From: Lama guanicoe
Lineage: Eukaryota
Direction of reading: 5' to 3'
DNA: 64,000 bases
Assembly (NCBI GenBank): GCA_013239625.1
Contig: MU053379.1
Location: 5,208,714-5,272,713 of the forward strand
The position numbers and the translations under genes were made by a program. A model generated the notes under the pieces. That model was given only the letters and a program-made list of their open reading frames with translations, did not search any database and was not told the DNA's origin. Every line of letters begins with the position of its first letter. The stretch's first letter is position 1. Below are positions 40,829 to 54,647 of this stretch, in pieces.

Positions 40829-43314
40829 CCCTGGAGATCTGTGACACAACAATGTGAATATAGTTAGCATCACTGATCTGTATATTTTAAAACAATTGAG
40901 GGTAAACTTTTAAAGCAGGGGTATATTTTATACTATGTGTTTTTTACAATTAAAAATTTAAAAATAAGAAAAAAATTTAAAGAAAAAAGTCAAAATTTGG
41001 GGGCTTGCTTTCCGAAGTTGCCTGGCTCTGTTCTGTGGCACTTCTACTCAGATTTTCTCTTTCCTTAAAAAAAAAAAAATTAAAATCAATCCCCAAGCTC
41101 CAGGAGAGGGAACCAGTCAGGGGGCAGGAGGTCACCGGAGAAACACGGGACTCTTTCCAGCAGAGAGATGGCGAAGGCCCATCCTGAGGGCCCACGAACG
41201 GAAACACCCACACCACATGGATCCTCATGGAATTTCAGAACAAACACACAAACAAGCCCTGAAAGTGTCCACAGGAAGAAGAGCCTTCCTGCCCTCACGG
41301 CGCCAGGCATGACCCCAGCGGCAAGGCTGGGCGTCAGAGACTGAACAGGCCTTCGCTTCCTGAGGGAAGACACTTTCCACCTGATCTGGAAGCTACTAGA
41401 TGGGCCCTGAGCAAAAGGAGGGGTTAGCCAAGAGGGAGGAAGACACCGGACGGGGGGGCCTGGGCCCCTGCAAGCAGCGGACACTGTTCTGGGAGGGCAG
41501 CCCTGGGCAGGGCCAGTGCAACCCACACTAAGCCACAACTGGACACCCAACAGGTCCTGCGTCGTGTGACCACGTGGAAAACAACCCGGGTACTTTCTGG
41601 CACAGCTGATGAAGCATTTGGAAAAGAAGGAGGATAAACACATTAAAGATCAAAAACCAAGAAAGCCTCCTTAAAGCCAAATCCGGCACAGGAACTGTGA
41701 GAAGGCACCCAGACAGCGTCCCCAGGGGAATCAGGTGGGCAGGGCATCCTCGGAGGATGGGGAAGCCGAGGTGAGGGCGATCGGAGGTACCAGCCCTGGA
41801 CGGGGTCAGTGCAGGAGAGACGGGACCCCAGGAGCTCGGCCCGACTGTGGCCCAGAAGGGTGTTTCACAGGCCCCCCCAAAGCGGCTCCAGGCAGGAGTC
41901 CAGGAGCACAGCACCCCCACGGCTGCGTCCTGCGTCCGCGCTCCGTCTCGCCGGTGAGACCCTGAGGCTGGCACAAGCCCGTGCGGGGAGACGCCCTGCT
42001 CAGGGGGCGGGGTGGCTGACCTGAGCTCTGGCCCATCCAAACCCGCACTCCCTACTGGGAGTGCCGTGTGGTCCTGCAAACTGGGAGTGATGGGCAGGGA
42101 GGGCCGGGCATCCTTCCAGCTGGTCCTCTCAGCGGGGTGAGCGCTGTGTCTGCTCTGGCCTTGGGTTCTGAAAGGCCTCACTCCAGCAGAGCAGGCGGGA
42201 CGTCACTGCAGGGCGAGGGGCCCAGAGAACTGCCACCTTCCAGCTGCCGGGGTCATGGGAGGCCCGCCAAGGCCTCCGTGAGAACATTCCTTCCGACGTA
42301 GCCGACCAGAGCAGCTACCGACCCAGCTGCAATCTACTGAAAGCCCGCCCTCAGCACACGGGTTTGTTAAAAATAAATAAATAAATAAATAACATTTTAA
42401 AGCATCAGACTCTTCCTGAGCCGGGCAAAGGCAGTCCTAAAAGACCCCAGACGTGGGCAATGCTGCCTTCAGGGCTCAGTGATCGGTGCCCTCTCCCCAC
42501 ACCTCCCTGCAGGACTGTGGGGTCACAGCCAGGCTGGGCTCTGGGCAGGTCACAGCGTCTACCAGACTGGGTCTGAAACACCTCCTTTCCTGGGCTGCTG
42601 GGGGAGGGGCAGTCACAAAGGGCCGGGCGCACCACACCAGCCACTGCCCACACACAGGTGCCCAGGTCCCTGGCCTTCCTGCAGCTCAAGTCCTGGGTCT
42701 AGCAATGTGTCCCTGGAGAGCTCCCCACTCCCTCCCTCCTGGGCAGAGCCGTCAGCCTACATCACAGAACATCCAGGAGAGAAGGGCAGGCCTCGACCAG
42801 CCCCTCCCAGCAGGGAGCCTCGGCCCACTGACTGTGGACTCTGCTCAGACTCCCTAAGGCCTGGGTGCAGCGGCAGAGGACGCTGGTGCCTGGAACCCTG
42901 CACAGGCCCCTGGGAAGAGGAGAAGCACTGGAAGCGCCTTCCGGGAACGGGGGTGGGGCCTGGGGCGGCCCAGCAGGCCCCAGCGTCCAGCACCCCCCCA
43001 CCCCGGTGCCCCGGCCATGCAGAGCCAAGCGGGCGCTATAAATAATGAACGCCCCAGGGCTCCAGGCCCTCTTCAGTTTCCTCCCCACCTAAGCTGAATT
43101 ATTTAATTCTCTTGGATCCTACACACGTACAGAGGCCTGCACGTCGAAACCATCTGGAAGCCCAGCCGACTCCGTGGCTGAGGGCCGCCCGGGGGGCCGG
43201 GCTCCAGGTAAGGAGGAGCACGTGCCTTCTTGTGGCTTCATTCCTTTAAAGTTGGGATGAGTGGACTCTCGCCCACTCTAATGCTGTGAAGCTTAATTAA
43301 AAATACGAGCCTAA

Positions 43315-43967
43315 GGGTGCAGCCACTGCGGAGGACAGTACGGAGGTTCCTTAAAACACTAAAAATAGACCTGCCATGTGATTGAGCAATCTCACTCCTG
43401 GGCGTGTACCCTGAGAAAACAACTCAGAAAGACACCTGCACCCCAGTGTTCACAGCAGCATCATTCACAGCAGCCAAGACACGGAAACAGCCCAAGTGTC
43501 CATCGGCAGACGGCTGGAGGAAGCAGCTGCGGTGCGTTTATGCAATGGAGCACAACTCAGCCACAAAGAGAACAAAACAATGCCTCCTGCAGCAACACGG
43601 ATGGAACTGAAGGCCTTCATTCTAAGCGAAGTGAGCCAGACAGAGAAAGAGAAAAGCCACATGATAGCACTTACGTGTGGATTTAAAAGAAAGGACACAA
43701 ATGAACTTGTTTACAAAACAGAAACAGACTTGCAGGCACAGGCAACAAACTCACGGTTACCAGGGGTAAAGGCGGTGGGAAGGGACACACTGGGAGTCCC
43801 AGGACTGCATCCCCTGGGGAGGGATGGAAATGCTAGCTGTCTTGATCGTGGTGCTGGTTTCATGGGTGTGCACATCTATCAACATTCACCAAATTGTACA
43901 TGTGAAATACGTGTAGTTTGCTGTACAGGGACTACACCACAATAAAAATGTTAAAAAAAAAAAAAAA
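43315..43967 (+). mobile_element. L1 3' end with variant tail and poly-A
   Basis: KDTCTPVFTAASFTAAKTRKQPKCP relic; aataaa plus A-run at 43941-43967. Confidence 0.88.
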
Positions 43968-44496
43968 CATGAGCAGAAAGTTTGTTACCAAGTGAAGCAC
44001 AACCCTGTTTTCACTGGGGGAGAAAACCTGCCCTCAAACAGGTTACTGGCCCCGAGGCCGTGGCGGGCCCGGCCTCTGCAGGACAACACAGCCCTCTGGA
44101 GGCCACGGAGGAACGTGTGGGTTTGCGTCTCACTAATGCACAGTGAGGAGGGAATTTAATCTGTGGCCTGGAAACCCACTGGGTGTGCAGGGCCAGCACG
44201 AGGACTGCGGTCTCACCAGCAGCTGGGTGAACGGGGACCAGCTCCCCACAGGGCCTTCCGTAAAACCGGTAAGACCTGCTCTCCAGAACCAACAGCGCCA
44301 GGGTCCCGCTGCGGACAGTGTGTCCTGTGTCTGGGAAGACGGACGACCCTCGGCTTCCAGAGAAGCAGGTCTTGGTGCGATAAACAGCTGGTGGCTGGTT
44401 AGTAATCAAGCTTCATTCTCCAGCAGTTCTGAGCTTTTAGGATTCATTTGTGCATTTGCTATTTTCATGGCTTTTTCTTGTTTTTCAAAACTTATA

Positions 44497-44668
44497 CTTT
44501 TTTAAAATTGAAGTGCAGTCAGTTACAGTGTGTCGATGTCTGGTTACAGCACCACGTCCCAGCCGTGCACATACACACACATATTTGTTTTCATGTTCTT
44601 TTTCATTAAAGGTGATTACAAGATACTGAACATGGTTCCCTGTGCTGCACAGAAGAGATTTTGTTTCT
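44497..44668 (-). mobile_element. L1 3' tip
   Basis: aattgaagtgcagtcagttacag...ccctgtgctgcacagaagag. Confidence 0.8.
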
Positions 44669-45059
44669 CTCCCCTTTTCATACACAGTGGCTAAGCTTCC
44701 CAAACTTCAGCCCTCCAAGGCGCGCCTGCCTCCCCTCTTCTCCGGCGACACAAGACTGCAGAACTTCCACCGTGTATTCACTTTGCCAGCGCGCGCCCCG
44801 AGGGCCGCAGCAGTGAGGCTTGAGAAGCTATCATTTCTACCAAAGGGATTTTTCAATCCCAACAATGTAAAAATAAGCCAATGTCTCATTTAATTAGCAA
44901 TTAGTATAGTATTTGCTCCTCCTCCAAAGTAGTTATTTAGACTAAAACCTGTAAGGACATCAGACTCTAAAACTGGCCCAGAAAGCCTGCCGTCCGGGTC
45001 TCCTCGAGAAGACACCATGGGGAGAGCAGCGCAAACAACCTTGCACCCTTCGGCCAATA

Positions 45060-45585
45060 TCTTCCCGGTTCTTAAAGCTTTCTGTGGTTTGATAATTTGC
45101 TTTTGTATATCTTGGGGTTTTTCAGGTTTTGTTACTCCATAGTATGCTTTTGATTATCGGTCACCCTGTTTTCCAAGCATATTAACCCATTACTGTATCT
45201 GTTTGCTGTAAACTGATAGTCAAATAAGCTCAAACACATCCTAAAAAGAATGAAAAAAAGAAAAAAAGTCTGCATTTTCTTACCCCCATCTCAGCTTTAA
45301 TGATTTGATGACTTCTTTTACATACTCACGTTTATTGTATCGCAACTGACTGTAGTTGTCACCTTTCCAATTACGGCTTTCTTCTTGCTGTAGCATCCTG
45401 CTTCTTTTCTATTTAGAGCGGACCTTTCGACATTTCTGTTGCACGGGTTTGGTATTGCTGAATTCCTTTTGGTTTTCCTTGTCTGTGAGATTCTTTCTCT
45501 CTCCCTCTAGGCTAAAGGATAGCCTTGCTGGGTAGCGTAGCCTCAAATGCAGCTTTTTCTCATTCAGAACTTTGAATATATCCAG
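45060..45585 (-). mobile_element. L1 internal fragment (ORF1 end / inter-ORF-like)
   Basis: ggatagccttgctgggtag...tttttctcattcagaactttgaatatatcc. Confidence 0.6.
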
Positions 45586-45854
45586 TTCCTGAAGATTTTC
45601 ATAACCACATGCATATATTTGGTTCCAGGACTAGAGCTACAGACCCAAAGGTCATCACACGTCTACGTAATTATTCAGTTACACACACACAAGGGCATCC
45701 TCATATGGTTCCACTGACAAAAAAGAAGCTTTCTCTTTATGTGTCGCTGCGTATACAAAAAGAGAAGACCTTCCTCTCAGCAGCAGTATCAACTTCTAAC
45801 TTGAATTCAGCTAGAAAATTCTACCGTAAGAAAAGCAGGAATTTCTGCAAATGT

Positions 45855-46052
45855 TAACCTCTATGCATAAAAATAGATAAAAATAAATTTCTTCTGTGCA
45901 GCACAGGGAACTATATTCACTATCTTGTAACAACCTTTAACGAAAAAGAATATGAAAATGAATGTATGTCTGTATATGCAGGACTGGGACATTGTGCTTT
46001 ACACCAGAAACTGACACATTGTAACTGACTGTACTTCAGTTTTTAAAAAAAG
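45855..46052 (+). mobile_element. L1 3' tip
   Basis: aaaatagataaaa...cagcacagggaactatattc...gactgtacttcag. Confidence 0.8.
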
Positions 46053-46899
46053 AGAGTAAAAAATCAGTATTTCTAAAAATGAACAGGAACAATACAAACA
46101 ATAAAACACATACTGAGCTTTGGGGGGAAATTATGAATAAAACTAAGAAATTCTTTGGTAAAAAAATGAAATAAACAAAATAAAATAAAATAAAATAAAA
46201 TATAATCCCAGAGCCCAATAAGCTCCTCCCATGCTGAGCCTTCCCCGGGTAACACTGTAAACTCTGGATAAGACACAAAACAATGACCCAAGACGGATAC
46301 CTGAGAGCACCGAAGAGCAGGCAGACTCTGGATGGGAGTGGCAGGCACTGGTACGTTCCCCATTCTCATAGCTTCTAGGCTGAGGGACGCTCAGCCCACA
46401 CCATGCGGACCAACTAAAACGTCAACAGGAAAAACAGGTCTGATAGCCTGCAGGGTTTGAGGCAACCACTGCAACTGAAAAATGAGTGAGGAATCCTGAA
46501 AAGGAGAGCACCAGAGAGAGAAAGCCCCAAATTCTGTAAATGTTACCCAAATCTCCAGATGACCCACGAGCTATGCATGTTCAGTGGAGCAGCCTTGGAG
46601 CAGCTTAGCCGAGAAAAAGAGAACTGAAATAAGATTTGAGCTGCTGCCAAGAGCCGGAGTTTTCAGTTTGACTATAACTGCGCTGCATACTAAAACAAAC
46701 ACAAACACTCTTCAGAGGAATATACCAGAAACTTCATTCTCTGCAACACAACTTCACAATGTCTCGGACAGAATCCAGAATTATTCACAAAAATTAAGAA
46801 CCAGGAAAGAGTAAGCCATTCTCAAAAGAAACCACAGCCAGAGAATAACCTCAAGGTGAAGAGATGTTAGAATTCGCTGCTTTAAAATCCTCTGCCAGA

Positions 46900-47827
46900 C
46901 AAGATCTAAACAGACATTTCTCTAAAGAAGACATCCAGATGGCAACAGGCACATGAAAAAATGCTCAGTGTCACTAATTATCAGAGAAATGCAAATCAAA
47001 ACTACAATGAGGTATCACCTCACACCAGTCAGTCTGGCCATCATTAAAAAGTCTTCAAATCACAAATGCTGAAGAGGCTGTGTAGAAAAGGGAACCCTCC
47101 TACACTGTTGGTGGGAATGTAAATTGGAGGACAGTATAGAGGTTCCTTAAAAAACTAAAAATACACTTACCATATGATCCAGCTACCCTATTCCTGGGCA
47201 TATATCTGGAGAAAACTATAATTTGTAAAGACATATGCACCCCAATGTTCACAGCAGCACTATTTACAACAGCCAAGACATGGAAGCAACCTAAATGTCC
47301 ATCGACAGATGACTGGATGAAGACATGGCATATATACACAATGGAATACTACTCAGCCATAAAAAAGACTAAAATAATGCCTTTTTTTTTTTGCATTACA
47401 ACATGGATAGACCTAGAGATTATCATATGAAGTGAAGTAAGTCAGAGACAGACAAATATCATATGATGTTGCTTATATGTAGAATCTAAAAAAAAAACCC
47501 AAATTTTATTTATAAACCAGAAATACACTCACAGACACAGAAAGCAAATTGTGGTTACCAATGGGGAAAGGTGGGGGGAGGGATAGATCAGGAGTTTGGG
47601 ATTAATAGATAGATACACATTACTATATATGAAACAGATAAACAACAAGGACCTACTGTATATAACACAGGGAATTATGTTCAATTTCTTGTAATGAGCT
47701 GTAATTGGAAAAGAATATGAAAAAAAATATATATGTATATATATGACTGAATCACTTTGCCGTATACCTGAAACTAACATTGTAAATCGATTACACTTCA
47801 ATCAAAAAAAAGAATTAAAAAAAATTT
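46900..47827 (+). mobile_element. 5'-truncated L1 with TSD
   Basis: aacagacatttctctaaagaagac...; TSD aaatcctctgccaga (46885-46899) / aaatcttctgccaga (47828-47842). Confidence 0.92.
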
Positions 47828-48012
47828 AAATCTTCTGCCAGAACAACTATACTCAAGGATGTAAAAGAAAAGATTCTCCTAATGAATGCACGTTTAGAAA
47901 AACTAAGCAGAGAAACAGAAACCTTAAGACAGAGTTAAACGGAAATTCGAGAACTGAAAACCACAATATACAAAATTTTAAATTTCACATGAACAGCAGA
48001 ATGAATATGACA

Positions 48013-48417
48013 TGCAGCAACATGGATGTCCCTGGAGAATGTCATTCTAAGTGAAGTAAGCCAGAAAGAGAAAGAAAAATACCATATGAGATCACTCATG
48101 TGCAGAATCTAAAAAAAAAAAAAAGAACATAAATACAAAATAGAAACAGACTCATAGACATAGAATAGAAACTTGTGGTTGCCGATGGGGCGGGGTGTGG
48201 GAAGGGACAGATTGGGATTTCAAAATGTAGAATAGATAAACAAGGTTACACTGTATAGCTCAGGGAAATACATACAGGATCCTGTGGTAGCTCACAGTGA
48301 AAAACATGTGACAATGAACATATGTATGTTCATGTATGACTGAAAAATTGTGCTCTACACTGGAATTTGACACAACACTGTAAAATAACTATAACTCAAT
48401 AAAAAAAGTTAAAAAAA
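48013..48417 (+). mobile_element. Young 5'-truncated L1 with perfect 15-bp TSD
   Basis: TSD agaatgaatatgaca at 47998-48012 and 48418-48432. Confidence 0.92.
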
Positions 48418-50639
48418 AGAATGAATATGACAGAGGAAACAGTTAGTGAACTTAAAGGCAAATGAATAGAAACCATCCAAACTTAAGAACAGACAAAAGA
48501 GAACTTTTAAAAGGTTCACTTCAGAGACTAAAGAGACATTTTCCAATGGTCCAGCGTACATCCTGGAAGGGGAAGAGAGAGAATTAGACAGAAAAACAGA
48601 CTGAAGAACACATGGCATAGATGATCCCAAATTCGGTGAAAAACAAATTTACAGATTCAAGAAACTCAGTAAACCCCATTTAGATCAATGTCACTAAAGC
48701 TACACTGAGATACATCATAATCAAACAGATTAAAACCAAATATAAGGAGAAAATCTTGGAAACAGCCAAAGAAAAACAACACATCACACATGAGGACCCG
48801 ACAATTCAAGTGACTGCCGACTTTGCATCAGAAACAATGGGATCTAGAGGTCTTTGCCTCTAAATGGTTAAAAACAACAACCAAAAACCCTGCCCAGCTA
48901 TAATTTTACACACCAAAAATATCCTTCATGAGCAAAGATAAAATCAACACATTTTGGATTAAAAAATCCCAAACTAAGAGAAATACCAGCAGGGCAGTTC
49001 TAAGAGAAATGCCAAATGCTAAAAGGAAGATCTTTAACTGAAGAGAAATGACACCAGACGGAAGCTTACATCCCAGGATGAAATAAACAGCACCCCAAAG
49101 AGTGAACCTCAGTAAAAGGAGAGAAAAGAGTTTTAAACTTAGAAAAAGATACAAACAGCTGAAGTAAAAAAATCGAAACACTGTCTCACTGGACATGCAA
49201 CATAAGCAGATGTAATCATAGTAGGACCCACGGAGAGTTCCTGGGATGGACACATACATTCGCAGGATTCACAGGATCTCTGGATTACATGTGAAGCTGC
49301 TAGAATATTAACTCCGAAGACACTAGGAAAAGTTCGGTCCACAAGAAACCTGCACACAAATCTTTGCAGCAGCTGTGGACGTAACTGCCAACACCTGTTG
49401 AACCAAGATGCTCCTCAGCGGGTGGACAGATAAACTGTGGTACATCCAAGGGGTGAAATACTAGTCAGCCTTGAAAAAAGTCACGAAAAGATGTATCAAA
49501 CCATGAAAAGACATGGAAGAACTTTAAATGCACATTACTAAGTGAAAGAAGACAATCTAAAAAGACCCCATGCTATGCAATTCTAACCCCGCGACACTCT
49601 GGAGGAGGTAAACCTGCAGAGACAGTGAAAAGATGGGTGGTTGCCAGGGGTGGGGGGGTGAGATGAACAGAGCAGGAGATTGAAAGCAACGCGACTACTC
49701 TGTATGATGCTTAACGGTAGGAACACGACACCACACGTTTTCAAAACCCACAGAGTGTAAGTCCCAGAGAGTGAACCCCGCCGTAAATTAGGGGCTCTGG
49801 GTGATAATGATGTCAATGTAGGTTCACCAACTTAACCACAGTGGAGAGGGATGTTGATGGTGGGGGAGGGTGTCGGTTGAAAAATATATGAGAATTCTCT
49901 GTATTGTCTATTCAATTTTGCTGTGAACCTACAACTGCTATAAAAAGAAATAAAGCCTTTTTTTTAAGAAAACAAACAAAAAATGAAAAAAACTAGAAAA
50001 ATTGTTGGATAAAATACTAATGTATGCTACAACATTTATGATCCTTGAGAACATTATGCCAAGTGAAAGAAGCCGGTAATAAAAGACCACGTATATGATG
50101 ATTTCATCTGTATGAAATGTCCAGAACAGGCAAATCTATAGAGACATAAAACAAATTAGTGGTTGCCCAGGGCTGATGGGAGTGGGGTGTTGGAAAGACC
50201 TGGGGAGTGACCGCTAATGTGGGATTCTTTTGAGATGATAAAACTGTTCTAAAATTTGTTGTGGTGCTGGTTGCACAGCTCTGTGAATATACTAAAACCC
50301 ACTGAATTGTACATGTTAAATGGGTGAACTGATGGTATGTGAGTATCTCAATAAAGCTGTTATTTTTTTAAAGTAAAGCTTTTTTTTTAAAAGTAAAGCT
50401 GCTAGTTTTTAAAAGCAACTGGTTAAGCCCATGCCACGCATACTTCAAACACCAGAATGCTGAAGAGGTCGTATTGATAGACTTCTGGAGGTAGCGTATG
50501 ACCAAAGGCAGACTCTTCATAGAGATAATTCAGCAGGAAGACGTACCATAAACAACCACCTGCCTAACAACAGAGCCTCAAAATACACAAAGGAAAAACT
50601 GACAGAACGAAAGAAACAGATGATTCCACAAACAGTCCT

Positions 50640-50767
50640 GGGGAGGGTGGAGCTCAGGGGTGGAGCCCACGCTTAGCACGCATAAGGTCCTGGGTTCAAC
50701 CCCAGTGCCTCCTCCAAAAATAAATAAATGAATAAATAATAATTACCTCCCCTCTCCAAAAAAAAAT
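50640..50767 (+). mobile_element. Vic-1-like SINE
   Basis: ggggagggtggagctcaggggtggagc...gcttagcacgcataaggtcctgggttcaaccccc. Confidence 0.88.
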
Positions 50768-53484
50768 CACAGTTGGAAATTTTAACAGCAGTTTCGCGGC
50801 AGGTGGCAGAATCAGATCCAAAAAAAAAACTGATATAAAGAAACAGAAGTGCTCAACAGCACCAGGGACCGCCTTGCCGGAAGATGTGCAGACGAGCAGT
50901 GTCTAGCAAAGCACGGTGAGCCGCGCTTGAGCTCTCATTTCATCTTAACTGTCTGTCTCCTTGGAGCCTGTACGGCTCTCCCGGAGGTCTGAAACCCTCC
51001 TTTAAGTCTTCTTGGAGAAGCTGACCAAGGCAGTCTGCACCGATGCCCTTTCCCTTCTTAACATCCCTCTCCAAACACAAAGAGTCATTCAAAACCATTC
51101 CACTTCTCCAAAGCACAGTCACCTTACTCCTGCCTCCTAGACTCGAAGCCTCTGTCCCCCAGACCCCAGGCGGTTACTGACGGGGAGCCCTTCCGAGACG
51201 CGCCGAGGGCCAGTCACCAGCGGCCAGCCGAGGCAGGGCGGATCCATGCAAGCGGGTTTGAGTGTTCCAAGCACAACGCAGCAAAATCGGACTCGTCCGT
51301 GTCCCCACGTGGCCTCACAGCCGTGGACGCCTGCAAGGCACCTGTCGCTCAGCACCGAGCAGCAGCAGAGGCGAAGGCGCGAGCCGGGCCCCCGACTCTC
51401 CCCGGGAGGCCGCTGGCTGCCGAAGCCTCGGCCGTCCTCCGGGGCTCAGGCCTGGCAACACTGCAGCTTTTCAGCAGTTCCCTCCCAGAGACCTGCACGA
51501 CTGCGGGCAACGTCAGTGACCATCATACAGTGGCCCCCAGCGGGCCTGGGACCAAGTCGGCGGGGCGGCCGCGTACCGGAAAGCCTCCTTGACCGCACGA
51601 AGCCACGTCGGGGGCTCGTGCTGCCACACCCTGAGGATCGAGGGACACAGCCCCGTCCCTCCAGCCGCCTGCAGGCAACACAGTGCTCTCTGCACCCCGG
51701 GAGCAGAAGGATGATCAGGAGCAGGCAGGGGCGGCAGGGGGAACAGTACAAGGGAGGAGGTGCCTGGAGCCGCTGCACAGACCACGAGAAGGGGTCAGGC
51801 ACAGCTCCTCTGTGAAAGGGAAGAAAGAAAAGCAAGCCACAAAGCAGTATGGCTTCACTGAGCACACCTCACTCACTCACGGCACCTGGGACACTGCAAC
51901 CAGCAAAGCGGACCAACTCGCTCAGTCTGGAAGATCAGCACATCTCACTGGATGGCGAAAGCGCTGCGAGGAGAAACGGAGCAGGAGGGGCGGGGGGCAG
52001 GCTCACAGCTTTCAACGGGGTGGCCTGGCGAGGCCTCCCTGAGAACGCGGCTCTTCCTCATGTCTGCAGGTACCGCCGCTGGGCTGCACACAGGCCGGCC
52101 TGAACTCCCGAGTAGACCCCTGCCTGCTTCTAAAGCCTGACATTCTTTTAATGAGGGTGAAAAAACCCAGAAACCTATTTAATTCCATGCTATGAAAGAG
52201 AAGTATCTGATGGTTTGGGGAAAGCTGGCACGCAGTGCTCCGTGTCTCCTGGCCATCCTGGAAGCACACGGCTGACGGCGGGCACGAGTTCCTGGGCGCA
52301 TAGGTGGTTATCAGACGGCACTTGTCCAGGCTCGGTGGCCTGCGCCTGGTGGTCTGCCGCCTGGTCTTAGGTCCTGTGGCTGAAACCAGGCACCTGCGGT
52401 ACACCGGGACATTTACACGAGACAATTTAACGACAGACACCTCAGGGACTCCCCAGTGAGGCGGCACGGAGCTGAGCCTTACCCTCGCACCGTCCACGCT
52501 GAGCGGGCAGGGATGCTCTCCAGCGCACCTGCCCTAAAAAAACGCTAAAGAAATTCTTCTGAAATTTAAGGAAACAATACCAGAGGGAAAGCTGAAATTT
52601 CAGGGCTAGAGGAGGAGCAGCAGAAATGACAAATAACCACGCAAACACAAGAGCCCGCTCTTCTCCTTCGGAGTTCTTTCGAGCAGTATGTATTATGGCA
52701 GGAAGTAAGACCTGTGACACCGCCTGGAGCAGCTCTGGATGTATGAAGACACGTAAGTAAAGGAACTGACGTGGTGGTGTCGTTTCCACGAGGACTTGAA
52801 GTGGCACAATCTTATTTCCAGGTAGACAGAGAAAAATAAAGCATGAATCCTGTAACCTCTAGGGTAGCCACTAAAACAGCCACCCAGAGACACATGGTCA
52901 AAAATTGAGTGATTAAAGTAGAATACTGAGACTACGGTCAGCAACAAGCTGGGAGAATCCAGCCAGTAACACGCAGTGTCCTTCACGGTGGCAGATGGTA
53001 GCTGGACTGATCAGGCGACCATTCTGAAATGTATAAAAACATCAAATCACTGTGTTGCACACCAGGAACTAACAGTGTGGGAGGTCAGCTATACTTCAAG
53101 CCAAACAAACAAGCAAGTTCACAGAGAAAGAGGTCAGAGCTGTGGTTATCAGAGGAGTAGGGAGGAGGAACTGGATGAACGTGGTCAAAAGGTGCAAACT
53201 TCCAGCCACAGGAAAAATAATTGCTGGTGCAACATGATAAATATAATTAACAAAAACTGCTGCATGTTACACGTGAAGATTGTTAGGAGAGTAAATCCTA
53301 ACAGTTCTCATCACAAGGACGCTTGAGGAATCCGGAGCCTCTGGCGTCTGCCACCGCAGCCAGCAGCAGACACAGCCTGACCCCCGGCCAGAAAACACGA
53401 GGCCCCGCACCCCAGGTCTTCGTACTTCAGCTCCGACAGCCCAGGACGTCAAGTCCAGCTTTCAGCAAAAAGCTGTGAGGAGCA

Positions 53485-53900
53485 TCTGCAGCAACGTGGA
53501 TGGACCTGGAGACCGTCATTCTGAGTGGAGTCAGCCAGAGAGAGAAAGCCGCGTACCAGACAACGTCACTCACGTGTGGAACCCAGAGACTGACAACGAA
53601 CTCATTACAGAACAGAAGCAGACTCACAGACACAGAGAACAGTCTTATGGTTACGGGGGACGGGGGTGGGAAGGGATAAACTGGAAGTCTGAGATTTGCA
53701 GGTACACACTACTATATACAAAACAGACAAGTAAGTTTCTACTGTACAGCACAGGGAATTATATTCAATATCTTGTAATACCCTATAATAAAAAATGGAA
53801 ATGAACGTATGTATGTTCATGTATGACTGAAGCGTTGTGCTGCACACCAGAAATTGACACATTGTAAACTGACTATACTTCAATTAAAAAAATTTTTTAA
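53485..53900 (+). mobile_element. L1 3' end
   Basis: gcagcaacgtggatggacctggag...gactatacttcaattaaaaa. Confidence 0.88.
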
Positions 53901-54647
53901 ATGAAAATTGAAAAAAACAAACAATGTTTTCCTAAAAAGAAAAGTGGAGCCAACCCTAACAGGTGAGTGGGCGGGCCCGCGGAGGCGCACCCTCCCGAGG
54001 CTGCTCTGCGCCACACCGCTGCTGAAAGAGCCAGCCCGGGAAGGCCCTGCCGCGAGGGTCTCTTGCGGGACGTTCCGGAAAAGGCAAAAGCGGGGTCTGC
54101 AAACGGGGGCAGCACGTGTTTCTGGTGACAGAACTATGTTCACATAGTGGTGACAGTTACACAAACCTGCACGACTTAAAGCCCCTGGAGCTGTACACGA
54201 GCCTGCACATGTAAGTCCAGTTCAGTGTGAGCAATTTTCTTTTAAAGGGATGGAAGTCACTTTCCTGAAACCTCTGCCTTCGACCCCTGGAGGCAAGGGA
54301 ACACCTAAGGTCTAGTACGTGTTGGAATGGGAAGAACAGAAAAAACACAATGAATTTCAGTAAATGATCCCCTGCTGCAGGCTCACAAACACTAGGGTGT
54401 GTACTGCCCGCTGCAGCTTGACTCCGAGGGTCGCCACTACCTTCCCACGGGGCTGGGCCTCACGCCCTCCGAGCAGCACACTGCAACCCCTCCCACCCGG
54501 CACACAGTCTCAGAACCTGGGGGACCTGGGCGGGACCAGCCCCGGGACACGGAGGTGGGCAGGTCCCCTCCTTCCCAGAGGCCACCCTGGAGGCAAGATG
54601 TGGGTGCAGACACATTCCGAGCAACAGCCGAGTAACCCACATTTCTC

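Larger units (their letters stand above)
46230..50870 (+). mobile_element. Old L1M body (5'/ORF1/ORF2-start relics) with nested younger insertions
   Basis: A-rich ORF1-like relics at 47850-49100; older L1 3' ends at about 49330-49960 and 50010-50370; endonuclease-like relic cctaacaacagagcctcaaaatac at about 50560. Confidence 0.65.

Noticed and set aside
44010..44900. Possible decayed coding sequence split by an L1 tip
   Set aside because: No recognisable homology and no long open frame.
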